Assembly (NCBI GenBank): GCA_018714755.1
Contig: DVMY01000085.1
Span: forward strand, 12,222 to 76,221
Length of the DNA: 64,000 nucleotides
Source: Candidatus Aphodousia faecigallinarum
Lineage (GTDB): Bacteria > Pseudomonadota > Gammaproteobacteria > Burkholderiales > Burkholderiaceae_F
Reading direction: 5' to 3'
A program made the position numbers and the translations under genes. The notes beneath the pieces were generated by a model that was given only the letters and a program-made list of their open reading frames with translations, was not told the DNA's origin and did not search any database. Position 1 is the stretch's first letter, and the number at the start of each line of letters is the position of its first letter. This document shows, in pieces, positions 40,171 to 48,204 of the stretch.

Positions 40171-41775
40171 ATGGCCACTTTAGATACTCAATTGGCAAGG
40201 GATGTTAAAAAGCGCAGAACCTTTGCCATTATTGCTCACCCTGACGCGGGTAAAACGACATTAACGGAAAAATTGCTTCTTTTCGGTGGCGCCATCCAAA
40301 TGGCGGGAGCCGTTAAGGGAAGAAAGGCAGCTCGGCACGCAACGAGCGACTGGATGGAAGTCGAGCAGCAACGCGGTATTTCAGTGACCAGCTCGGTGAT
40401 GCAGTTCGAATACGATGGTCATGTCATCAACTTATTGGATACTCCTGGGCACGAAGACTTCTCTGAGGACACCTATCGTGTGCTTACGGCTGTTGATGCG
40501 GCGGTGATGGTCATTGACGCGGCCAAAGGTGTTGAAGCACAAACAATCAAACTGTTGGAAGTTTGCCGTTTACGCAACACGCCGATTATCACGTTCATCA
40601 ATAAAATGGACCGTGAAGTAAGGGATCCGATAGATCTTTTAAGTGAAATAGAAGAAATTCTCAAGCTCGAATGCGTTCCCATCACTTGGCCGATCGGCAT
40701 GGGGAAAACATTTCGAGGAGTCTTTTCATTAACAAAAGATCATTTGGTCCGTTTTGCCCCGGGAGAGGATCGACTTTCAGGCAATGAGGAGTTAATTGAG
40801 GGTTTGGATAATCCCCGATTAGACGAACTTTTTCCTATGGAAATGGGCTATGTGCGCGAGAGTATCGAACTGATTAAAGGTGTGAGCAATCCCTTTAACA
40901 TTCAAAAATTTTTAGCTGGGGAACAAAGTCCTGTATTTTTTGGTTCGGGCGTCAACAATTTTGGCGTTAAGGATGTTTTGGAAGCTTTGGTGCAATGGGC
41001 TCCTGAACCGCAACCGCGTGATGGCGGCGTTCGGATGGTGCAGCCGAATGAAAAACCGTTTACCGGATTTGTTTTCAAAATCCAGGCAAACATGGATCCA
41101 AAGCATCGGGATCGTATTGCTTTCTTCCGAGTATGCTCCGGCCGTTACACGCCGGGCATGAAGGTGAAGCATTTGCGCGAAGACCGCGAAATGAAAATTC
41201 CTAACGCGCTCACGTTCATGGCCAATGACCGGGTGACGATGACCGACGCTGTTGCTGGAGACATTATCGGTATTTATAACCACGGCCAGCTTCATATTGG
41301 CGATACGCTAACTGAAGGTGAAAAGCTAGGATTTACCGGTATCCCGTATTTTGCGCCGGAATTATTCCGATCGGCTCGCCCCAAAGATCCTTTTAAAGCT
41401 AAGCAACTTCATAAGGGTCTCAAGGAACTGGGAGAGGAAGGTGCTATTCAAGTTTTTGAAAATGATTTAGGGCATCTTTTCTTGGGTGCAGTCGGTTTCC
41501 TGCAGTTTGAAATCGTTGCTCAGCGATTGGCGACGGAATATAAAGTGGATGCGCTCTACGAGAATACAGATGTCTCAACTGCTCGTTGGTTGTCTTTCCC
41601 GGATGAGCTGACTCAGAAACAATTTATGGATGAGCAAGCTTCGAGACTGGCGCGTGACGCTGACGGCAATCTAGTGTACTTGGCGACATCCATTTACAAC
41701 TTGCAAACCACTCAAAAGCACTGGCCTCAGGTTCAATTCCATACGACTCGGGAAAAGAACCAATCTTTTGATTAA
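40171..41775 (+). CDS. prfC: peptide chain release factor 3
   Basis: [41 protein letters not shown] and [14 protein letters not shown] motifs. Confidence 0.97.
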   Translation: MATLDTQLARDVKKRRTFAIIAHPDAGKTTLTEKLLLFGGAIQMAGAVKGRKAARHATSDWMEVEQQRGISVTSSVMQFEYDGHVINLLDTPGHEDFSEDTYRVLTAVDAAVMVIDAAKGVEAQTIKLLEVCRLRNTPIITFINKMDREVRDPIDLLSEIEEILKLECVPITWPIGMGKTFRGVFSLTKDHLVRFAPGEDRLSGNEELIEGLDNPRLDELFPMEMGYVRESIELIKGVSNPFNIQKFLAGEQSPVFFGSGVNNFGVKDVLEALVQWAPEPQPRDGGVRMVQPNEKPFTGFVFKIQANMDPKHRDRIAFFRVCSGRYTPGMKVKHLREDREMKIPNALTFMANDRVTMTDAVAGDIIGIYNHGQLHIGDTLTEGEKLGFTGIPYFAPELFRSARPKDPFKAKQLHKGLKELGEEGAIQVFENDLGHLFLGAVGFLQFEIVAQRLATEYKVDALYENTDVSTARWLSFPDELTQKQFMDEQASRLARDADGNLVYLATSIYNLQTTQKHWPQVQFHTTREKNQSFD

Positions 41776-41778
41776 ACG

Positions 41779-41804
41779 GTATCGGCCGCTTGAGCGGCCG
41801 ATAC
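41779..41804. terminator. intrinsic terminator between convergent prfC and hydE
   Basis: GTATCGGCCGC-TTGA-GCGGCCGATAC perfect stem. Confidence 0.78.
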
Positions 41805-41806
41805 TA

Positions 41807-42919
41807 TTAAAGACCGGTTCTGTTTTTCCAGTGTTTGGAGCTTCCCAGCACATTCAGTGCCACTTCTCTGCCGGTTTTTTGAATGCTTTGCTGAAGGTAG
41901 AGGTTGGTGTCACTCGGTTCTTGCTCGATAAAGGGCTTATTGGCGTAGAGTTGGTAATTTTTTCGAACCACTCTCGGAGTGATGTTGGGCATGATGACGT
42001 TGCAACCGTGCAGGATGCCTTTTTCACGACCGTTGTCTTCAAGAGCGTGTAGTGCGGTTGCGGCAGCAATGTTTATGTCTGGAAGGACCAGACGAGTAGT
42101 GGCAATCATGTTAAGCGCCAATCGCATAAGCGCGTTTTTCTCCATCATGCCTTCACCCAACATGTCACCGCCTTCGCTGGTGATATAGGGACCCATTCCA
42201 ATCATGTCCAAATCAAGCTTTTGGAATGTTCGAATATCTTGACAAAGATCTTCAAGCGTTTGTCCGGGGATGCCAATCATGACACCGGAACCCACTTGGT
42301 AGCCCGCCTTTCTTAAGTCGGCCAAAGCCTCATAACGGCGCTCTAACCCTTTTTCTCGTCCAGGGGCACAGTGCAGATGATCAAAAAGTTCGGGATTAGA
42401 GGTTTCAAATCTCAGCAAATAGCGTAAGCCCATGGGATTGCCGCTGGCTTCGGCCCATTGTTTATAGACTTCGAAAGTTTGCTCTCCCAGTGAAAGCGTA
42501 ATCCCAAGTCCATTTGGCAATGTCGGACTGACAGATTTTTGGTGGATGGTTTTTAGAATATCGGTGACAAAATCAATGAATTTGGGATCTCGTCTTTCCC
42601 CCGATTGCAAGCAGATGGATCCGTAATGATTTTCTGCAGCCCAGAGCGCGGCAGCAACAATCGTGTCTTTATCCAATTCATAACGAGGCACGTTGTGATT
42701 GGATTTGCGGATGCCACAGTAGCGGCAGTCTAAAGTGCAGATATTGGAAAACTCAATTAAACCACGATAATAAACATTATTGCCGACGGTTTTTGTTGTA
42801 CGGTCGTAGGCGGCCTGACGCAGTATCTCGGCTTCTTGAGAGTCAGTGACGCTTAGCAGCCGGATGATGTCATCATCACTAAACTGAGTTTGTTTGACAA
42901 TGTCTGAGATAGTTTTCAT
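41807..42919 (-). CDS. hydE: [FeFe]-hydrogenase H-cluster radical SAM maturase HydE
   Basis: RGLIEFSNICTLDCRYCGIR (CxxxCxxC), ITLSLGE, RYLLRFET, MIGMGPYI, GCNVIMPN and YQLY; start moved to MKTISD. Confidence 0.93.
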   Translation of the reverse strand: MKTISDIVKQTQFSDDDIIRLLSVTDSQEAEILRQAAYDRTTKTVGNNVYYRGLIEFSNICTLDCRYCGIRKSNHNVPRYELDKDTIVAAALWAAENHYGSICLQSGERRDPKFIDFVTDILKTIHQKSVSPTLPNGLGITLSLGEQTFEVYKQWAEASGNPMGLRYLLRFETSNPELFDHLHCAPGREKGLERRYEALADLRKAGYQVGSGVMIGIPGQTLEDLCQDIRTFQKLDLDMIGMGPYITSEGGDMLGEGMMEKNALMRLALNMIATTRLVLPDINIAAATALHALEDNGREKGILHGCNVIMPNITPRVVRKNYQLYANKPFIEQEPSDTNLYLQQSIQKTGREVALNVLGSSKHWKNRTGL

Positions 42920-42923
42920 TTTT

Positions 42924-44168
42924 TTAAAGAGTTTTAAGAGCTTCATCAAACGCGGCCTTAGCATCCGGATGGCAAGCTAAAACGCGAGGTAAAACGCCCT
43001 GCAGATAGGAAATTGTCACGCCGTAATTAGTCATTGGAACCCCTTGAGCTCGAGCCTGTCGCAAGCGAGCTAGCATATGGCGTCGCGTAACAATGCAACC
43101 GCCGCACTGAATAATGACCTTGTAGGGCGTGAGATCCGTGGGGAAATCCTTTCCAACGGTAATTTCTATATCTAGATCGCCGAAGGTCTTTTTGAGCCAA
43201 TTAGGTATCTTTATTCGGCCAATGTCGTCTTTTAATGGATGATGCGAGCATGTTTCCGCAATCAGCACTTTGTCGCCGGGTTTTAATTTTGTCAGTGCCG
43301 CAGCGCCAATTGCCATTTCCAGCAAATCGCTTTTTGAGTAAGCCATTTGGATCGAAAACGTCGTAATGGGAATCGGTTCGGGAACCTCTTTTACAACACG
43401 TAAAACAACCTGACTATCGGTTACCACTAGCTGCGGAGGTTCTTTGATTTCATTGAGCGTTTCAGTGATGCGGTCCTCCTTGATGACCATGCATTTTGCG
43501 CCTGCGTCCAATAATTCACGGATAGCCTGCACTTGAGGAAGGATCAGTCGTCCTTTCGGCGCACCTGTATCAATGGGAGTGACTAGGATAACAGTGTCCC
43601 CCGCTTTAGCCAAATCACCCATCAGGGGGCGATCCGGCTCCGTTTTCTCCAGGACTGTTTGAACAATGGCATCACGCAATTCGGAGATACCCTGCCGTTT
43701 CGCGGCGCTGGTTTGAATGACTCTGTAGCCGCGCAATCGAAGTGAATCCATTTGATCGGCCGCTGGTTCTTTCAGATCCGTTTTATTGAAAACAATAATG
43801 GTAGGGGTGCCGTTTAATTTTGTGGTTTTAAGGATTCCCTCCTCATGCTCTCCCCACGTTCCCGCTTCGCAAACAACGATGGCGATATCCATCCACTCTA
43901 GAACAGAAAGGCTTTTCTGGACGCGGGCTTGTCCTAGGTCGCCGATATCGTCAATGCCAGCCGTATCCATAAAAACGACAGGACCGATGGGTGAGAGTTC
44001 AAACGCCTTTTCAACAGGATCGGTTGTCGTTCCCGCGACACTGCTAACAATGGAAATATTTTGATTAGCTAACGCGTTGATCAGTGACGATTTCCCAGCA
44101 TTTCGTTTGCCGAACAAACCAAAATGAAGACGAAGTCCTTTAGGTGTTTCCATGCGGCTGGTTACCAT
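42924..44168 (-). CDS. hydF: [FeFe]-hydrogenase H-cluster maturation GTPase HydF
   Basis: GKRNAGKSS, GTTTDPV, DTAG, NKTD, APKGRLILPQVQ, CSHH...QCGGC and TNYG motifs. Confidence 0.95.
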   Translation of the reverse strand: MVTSRMETPKGLRLHFGLFGKRNAGKSSLINALANQNISIVSSVAGTTTDPVEKAFELSPIGPVVFMDTAGIDDIGDLGQARVQKSLSVLEWMDIAIVVCEAGTWGEHEEGILKTTKLNGTPTIIVFNKTDLKEPAADQMDSLRLRGYRVIQTSAAKRQGISELRDAIVQTVLEKTEPDRPLMGDLAKAGDTVILVTPIDTGAPKGRLILPQVQAIRELLDAGAKCMVIKEDRITETLNEIKEPPQLVVTDSQVVLRVVKEVPEPIPITTFSIQMAYSKSDLLEMAIGAAALTKLKPGDKVLIAETCSHHPLKDDIGRIKIPNWLKKTFGDLDIEITVGKDFPTDLTPYKVIIQCGGCIVTRRHMLARLRQARAQGVPMTNYGVTISYLQGVLPRVLACHPDAKAAFDEALKTL

Positions 44169-44190
44169 TTTGCTTCCTTCCTACCAAATG

Positions 44191-44222
44191 AAAAGGGACT
44201 CGCTAATAATAGCGAATCCCTT
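44191..44222 (-). terminator. intrinsic terminator between the hydrogenase structural genes and hydF
   Basis: Minus strand AAGGGATTCGCTA-TTAT-TAGCGAGTCCCTT followed by TTCATTT. Confidence 0.7.
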
Positions 44223-44260
44223 GTGATCAGACGTGTATCAGAAAGATACTTTTGTACAAA

Positions 44261-44926
44261 TTATTTTTCGAGGTTTGTACGGATAACGTCTTTTTCAAGC
44301 CACTTCGGAGAGTGGTGTTCAGCCGCTTCGTAAGAGATCGTGCCTTCACCCGGACCCCAGATGCCCTTGAAGTGTTCCCAAGAGAGCAGAGCCAACGGAA
44401 TGTGAGCGCAAACAACCATCAACGAGCAGATGATGGAGCCCCAAACATGGAAGATGTACATCCACCAGAAGGCGCCTTTCGGAATCGCCGGAGCGAAGTA
44501 AAAGAGCATCCAACCGGTGACGGCGAGGCCATACATCATGAAGAAGAAAATGAGATAACTCATCTTTTGACCGCCGTTATAACGACCTTGCGGCGGAACT
44601 TCTTCAGGGCCAAACGGGATCTTAAAGAAGCGACGCGGGTAGCCGCCAAAATTGCGGAACCACTTGATCGTGTCCATATCCCAAGTCAACAAGGCATTCA
44701 AGGTTGCCGCGAAACGATGCGGAGCGAACACCAAATAACCGATAAGGTTGAAGGTGTACACAACAGCAATCCAGATATGCCAAATCATCAAGTTGTTGGC
44801 CGTTTCATCGGAGAGGTTGCAGAAATAAACTGCAGCACCCGTGAACAGCAAAGCAAACCACGTCACCGCGTTGATTGCGTGGAAAATCTTATCAGCGGGG
44901 TGGAATCGTAAAATACGTTCAGCCAT
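44261..44926 (-). CDS. hydC: cytochrome b membrane anchor of the hydrogenase (FdnI/formate dehydrogenase gamma-like)
   Basis: Four TM helices with His residues (FHAIN, WHIW, FHVW, AHIP); PPQGRYNGGQK; AEHHSPKW; start overlaps the hydB stop. Confidence 0.85.
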   Translation of the reverse strand: MAERILRFHPADKIFHAINAVTWFALLFTGAAVYFCNLSDETANNLMIWHIWIAVVYTFNLIGYLVFAPHRFAATLNALLTWDMDTIKWFRNFGGYPRRFFKIPFGPEEVPPQGRYNGGQKMSYLIFFFMMYGLAVTGWMLFYFAPAIPKGAFWWMYIFHVWGSIICSLMVVCAHIPLALLSWEHFKGIWGPGEGTISYEAAEHHSPKWLEKDVIRTNLEK

Positions 44927-45273
44927 TAGTGTTTACCTCCCAAAACCGCTAATTGCGTACGCGGGTAGTAGCGGGTATGCAAAAGGTGATGAGCTAATTC
45001 ACCGGTGGCCGGTTGCGTGTGCATATCGGCATAGAAACGCAAAACAGACTTATTCTGGTGGGAACAAGTCAAGCCGTTTTCTTGGCAAATCTTGTCATCA
45101 CGATACAGGCCAGCTTGACGGGCTTTAATTACGTCGGAGCGACGTTGGATGAGGTCAACAACGGCGTAACCCGTAACGCCGATTGCCAAAGCGGTCACGC
45201 CAACGACTTTTAAGAAGCCGCGGCGACCGAGCATAGCAACGGTTTGTCGTTCGGTATATTCATACTTGCGCAT
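44926..45273 (-). CDS. hydB: [FeFe]-hydrogenase small subunit with Tat signal
   Basis: Twin-arginine GRRGFLK; R..GLY..D...SHQN..V..FY...AHHLLHTRY small-subunit signature. Confidence 0.92.
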   Translation of the reverse strand: MRKYEYTERQTVAMLGRRGFLKVVGVTALAIGVTGYAVVDLIQRRSDVIKARQAGLYRDDKICQENGLTCSHQNKSVLRFYADMHTQPATGELAHHLLHTRYYPRTQLAVLGGKH

Positions 45274-45290
45274 TTATTGTCTCCATCCAA

Positions 45291-46646
45291 TTAAATTTGC
45301 ACAGGAACCGGTAACGTGGGGTTGAGCCACGTGGCACTATCTGTGCGAACCGGTTGACCGCCACCGTTGACACAACCGCCGGGGCAGTTCATCACTTCGA
45401 TGAAGTGGTAACGGTTCTTGTCTTCTTTAATCCGACGCAACACACCTTCGAGGCCTTGAAGCGCGCCATTGACAACGCAAACACGAACCTCAAAAACCTT
45501 TCCGCCTAATTTCTTGATAGGCACAGGGATCGTTGCTTCAACCACGGCATTTGTGCGGCCACGGACAACCTTGATGTCCGGATCTTTCAATTCTTCTCCA
45601 GACAGAACGAAGTAAGCCGTACGCAAGGCAGCTTCCATCACACCACCGGAGGCACCGAAGATTGTGCCGGCGCCGGTGTAGATTTCCATCGTGCTGCGTT
45701 CACGGGTTTTGGGCATTTCCAACGGATTGATGCCCTTGCGGCGGAAAATTTCAGCGATTTCACGAGCCGTAATGACAGCGTCAACGTCTTGGAATGAAGG
45801 CGTATTGGCGGGAATCTTGCCTGTTTCAACAAGGTGCTGCCAAGCCGAATTCATTTCCGGACGGGCCGCTTCAAAAATCTTAGCGGTGCAAGGCGTCACG
45901 GCGACAACATAAATGTCGCGCGGGTCCTTCTTCCAAACAAACTCAGCCGCCCAGGTCTTCGCGATCGGGCCGCCCATTTGAATCGGGCTCTTAGCCGTAG
46001 ACAAATGAGGTAACAAACCGGGGTGGAAAGTTTCCACATTCTTCACCCAAGCCGGGCAGCAGCTGGTGAAGTGCGGGAAGGGGTGCTTAGCAGCTTCTTC
46101 CAATTCTGGGCCACGTTCGCCCAAAACCCAATAACGGATCTTATTAACGAACTCAAAGCCTTCTTCCATAATGGTTTGGTCGGCAGTTTGGTTCACGTCA
46201 TATGTGGTAAAACCAGCCTTTTCCAACGCGTTTACAAACTGTTCGGTGACCAATTCACCTGCTTTGGCTCCAAACTCTTCGCCGACGGAAACACGCACGG
46301 CGGGAGACGGATGAGCGACAACGAGCTTATTGGGGTCGTCGAGCATTTTCATGACTTCATCGACAAAGCTCATTTGTTCAATCGCGTTGAAGGGGCAAGC
46401 GATCAAGCATTGGCCGCAAGACAAGCAAGCGTCTTCACGGATAGAGTGGACAACGCCAAGTCCACCGGAGATGGCATGCACAGGGCAAACTTTACGGCAA
46501 GTATCACAACCAACACAGTTGTCCTTGTTGATCTTGATCACGCCACGCAATTCACCACGGCGAAGGTTGCCAACGTATTCAGGTCCATTTTCCCCGTGCG
46601 CGTTGGGCGGCGGGGTAAACGTATTGACCATAATCGTTTTGGACAT
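45291..46646 (-). CDS. hydA: [FeFe]-hydrogenase large subunit (group A type, 2x[4Fe-4S] + H-cluster)
   Basis: Two CxxCxxCxxxCP ferredoxin motifs; P1 FTSCCPAW, P2 TPCTAKIFE, P3 EVMNCPGGCVNGGGQP; GGVMEAALRT. Confidence 0.96.
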   Translation of the reverse strand: MSKTIMVNTFTPPPNAHGENGPEYVGNLRRGELRGVIKINKDNCVGCDTCRKVCPVHAISGGLGVVHSIREDACLSCGQCLIACPFNAIEQMSFVDEVMKMLDDPNKLVVAHPSPAVRVSVGEEFGAKAGELVTEQFVNALEKAGFTTYDVNQTADQTIMEEGFEFVNKIRYWVLGERGPELEEAAKHPFPHFTSCCPAWVKNVETFHPGLLPHLSTAKSPIQMGGPIAKTWAAEFVWKKDPRDIYVVAVTPCTAKIFEAARPEMNSAWQHLVETGKIPANTPSFQDVDAVITAREIAEIFRRKGINPLEMPKTRERSTMEIYTGAGTIFGASGGVMEAALRTAYFVLSGEELKDPDIKVVRGRTNAVVEATIPVPIKKLGGKVFEVRVCVVNGALQGLEGVLRRIKEDKNRYHFIEVMNCPGGCVNGGGQPVRTDSATWLNPTLPVPVQI

Positions 46647-46681
46647 GTTTAAATCTCTCCCAAGATTTATAAATATCGGAA

Positions 46682-46792
46682 CGGTTGGGCGACCATGCTT
46701 TTTTGGAGGTCTTCTTAAAACCCAACAGTTGTACGTACAGTTCTAGTCGTCAGGGGCACACCTTGGTCCTGGCGCACCCACTGCCAACGTAG
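46682..46792 (-). promoter_or_regulatory. candidate structured 5' leader of hydA
   Basis: Two hairpins in an otherwise AT-rich intergenic region, downstream of a TATAGT -10-like hexamer (46795-46800). Confidence 0.45.
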
Positions 46793-46834
46793 AAACTATA
46801 AAGAATTTTTATGAGAAATAAGCAATAAGTATGC

Positions 46835-46862
46835 GAAAAGAAGTTACCCCTTAAGGGGTAAC
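46835..46862 (-). terminator. intrinsic terminator of menK
   Basis: Perfect palindrome GTTACCCC-TTAA-GGGGTAAC followed on the minus strand by TTCTTTTC. Confidence 0.75.
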
Positions 46863-46869
46863 GTCTCTA

Positions 46870-48165
46870 TCACATATCTATGCTGGATAATGGCTTGCGT
46901 AACTCGGCTCGAACATTATCCATGCCAGAATAAAATGCCTTCATCATGACGAGTCCAAGGAATTTCCCCGCATCCGTCACGATGAGATTGTCTGGATCAC
47001 TCGGATTGTCTTTGATGGCTCCGGCTAATTTGAGTCCAAGCATTTCTTTGAAAAGAGCCTTATCTAAATCCACTCCATGCACGTCGCGGAAGTATTTCCT
47101 AGATAAACGAGCGGCGAAAAGACCCAACAGCAAACGGTACTGCAAGATGGCGTGTTTATCAAAACGTTTTCTTCTCTCGACCCCCATTTTGCCTTGAGAA
47201 ATTCTTTCGTTATAGCGGCGAAGGCTAAATGTGTTGACGTAAAGAGAGTCGCCCAAGAAACTGAATGCGCCTGAGCCAAGCCCTAAATACTCGTCATGGT
47301 CAACGACATATTCGTCAAAGCCTTCGTCATGGGATCGGCCGAAAGTCCAAGAGGTCAATTGGTTATAGTTTTTACCCAATGTATCCAGGATGATTCTGTA
47401 TTGAGCGGCTAGATCAGCAGTCGGAGCCGCGATGGTGTTTCTAACGTTGGCTTTGGTTTGCGTGGTTACCATCAAGGGGTAAGTTGTAATCTGACGGGGA
47501 TTCAGCTTCATTAATAAGTCAACATCGCGCTGAAGGATTTCTTCTGTTTGTCCGCGGAAACCAAAAATCATGTCGACATTCATGATCGGAAATAACTCTT
47601 GGGCGGCTTGGATGCGCTCAAAAATTTGCTCTCCATTTCCGAATTTTTCATATCGGTCAATCATCTTCAGGATGTTATCGTCGAAACTTTGTACTCCGAC
47701 AGACATCCGGTCAACCAGCCCTTTGAGATTTCTGAAGTTATCAGTTGCCAAGTGAGCAGGATCGGTTTCGCAGGATACTTCCTTCATCGAAGGAAAAAGC
47801 GTTCTGGCCAGTTCAATTGTCTTGATGAGCTCATCTTCGAGAATAGTGGTTGTGCCCCCACCGATATACATCGAGGTGAAGTCATAGCCCATGTCTTTCG
47901 CCATTTGCATTTCTTTGCGCAAGTTAACGAAATACTCACGGGCTTTATATTCTTTAAAGATAAAGCGGTGGAATGTGCAATAAGAACACAGCGTATGACA
48001 GAACGGGATGTGGGCATACATCATGTACTGATGACCTTCTTGGGGGGCCGGATGCCGATCCAAAATGATCGGTTCGACATTGAGCTCACGGTCAATGTAG
48101 TACTTCATGATGCGATCGGTTAGACCGATCATCCAGTTCGGTAATAACTTGTCGTGTTCTGCCAT
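46870..48165 (-). CDS. menK: class C radical SAM menaquinone methyltransferase (methylmenaquinone synthase), HemN-like
   Basis: YAHIPFCHTLCSYCTFHRF, YIGGGTTT, SVGVQSF, DEYVVDHDEYLGLGSG and C-terminal MMKAFYSGMDNVR closely resemble MenK/MqnK as I recall them; menA is present in the same window. Confidence 0.82.
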   Translation of the reverse strand: MAEHDKLLPNWMIGLTDRIMKYYIDRELNVEPIILDRHPAPQEGHQYMMYAHIPFCHTLCSYCTFHRFIFKEYKAREYFVNLRKEMQMAKDMGYDFTSMYIGGGTTTILEDELIKTIELARTLFPSMKEVSCETDPAHLATDNFRNLKGLVDRMSVGVQSFDDNILKMIDRYEKFGNGEQIFERIQAAQELFPIMNVDMIFGFRGQTEEILQRDVDLLMKLNPRQITTYPLMVTTQTKANVRNTIAAPTADLAAQYRIILDTLGKNYNQLTSWTFGRSHDEGFDEYVVDHDEYLGLGSGAFSFLGDSLYVNTFSLRRYNERISQGKMGVERRKRFDKHAILQYRLLLGLFAARLSRKYFRDVHGVDLDKALFKEMLGLKLAGAIKDNPSDPDNLIVTDAGKFLGLVMMKAFYSGMDNVRAELRKPLSSIDM

Positions 48166-48204
48166 GATATGTCTCTATTTATATTCAATTCAAAGGGTGC
48201 TATT

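Noticed and set aside
41807-42919. Biotin synthase BioB or HydG assignment
   Set aside because: HydE-specific motifs and adjacency to hydF; it lacks the HydG C-terminal extension with its second cluster motif.
44252-44911. 219-aa plus-strand ORF antisense to the cytochrome b gene (likewise 46023-46652 and 37579-38367)
   Set aside because: Shadow ORFs over clearly recognisable, codon-biased genes; no motifs or SD support.
46870-48165. Annotation as oxygen-independent coproporphyrinogen III oxidase HemN
   Set aside because: The N- and C-terminal features match MenK/MqnK-type methyltransferases better than true HemN.
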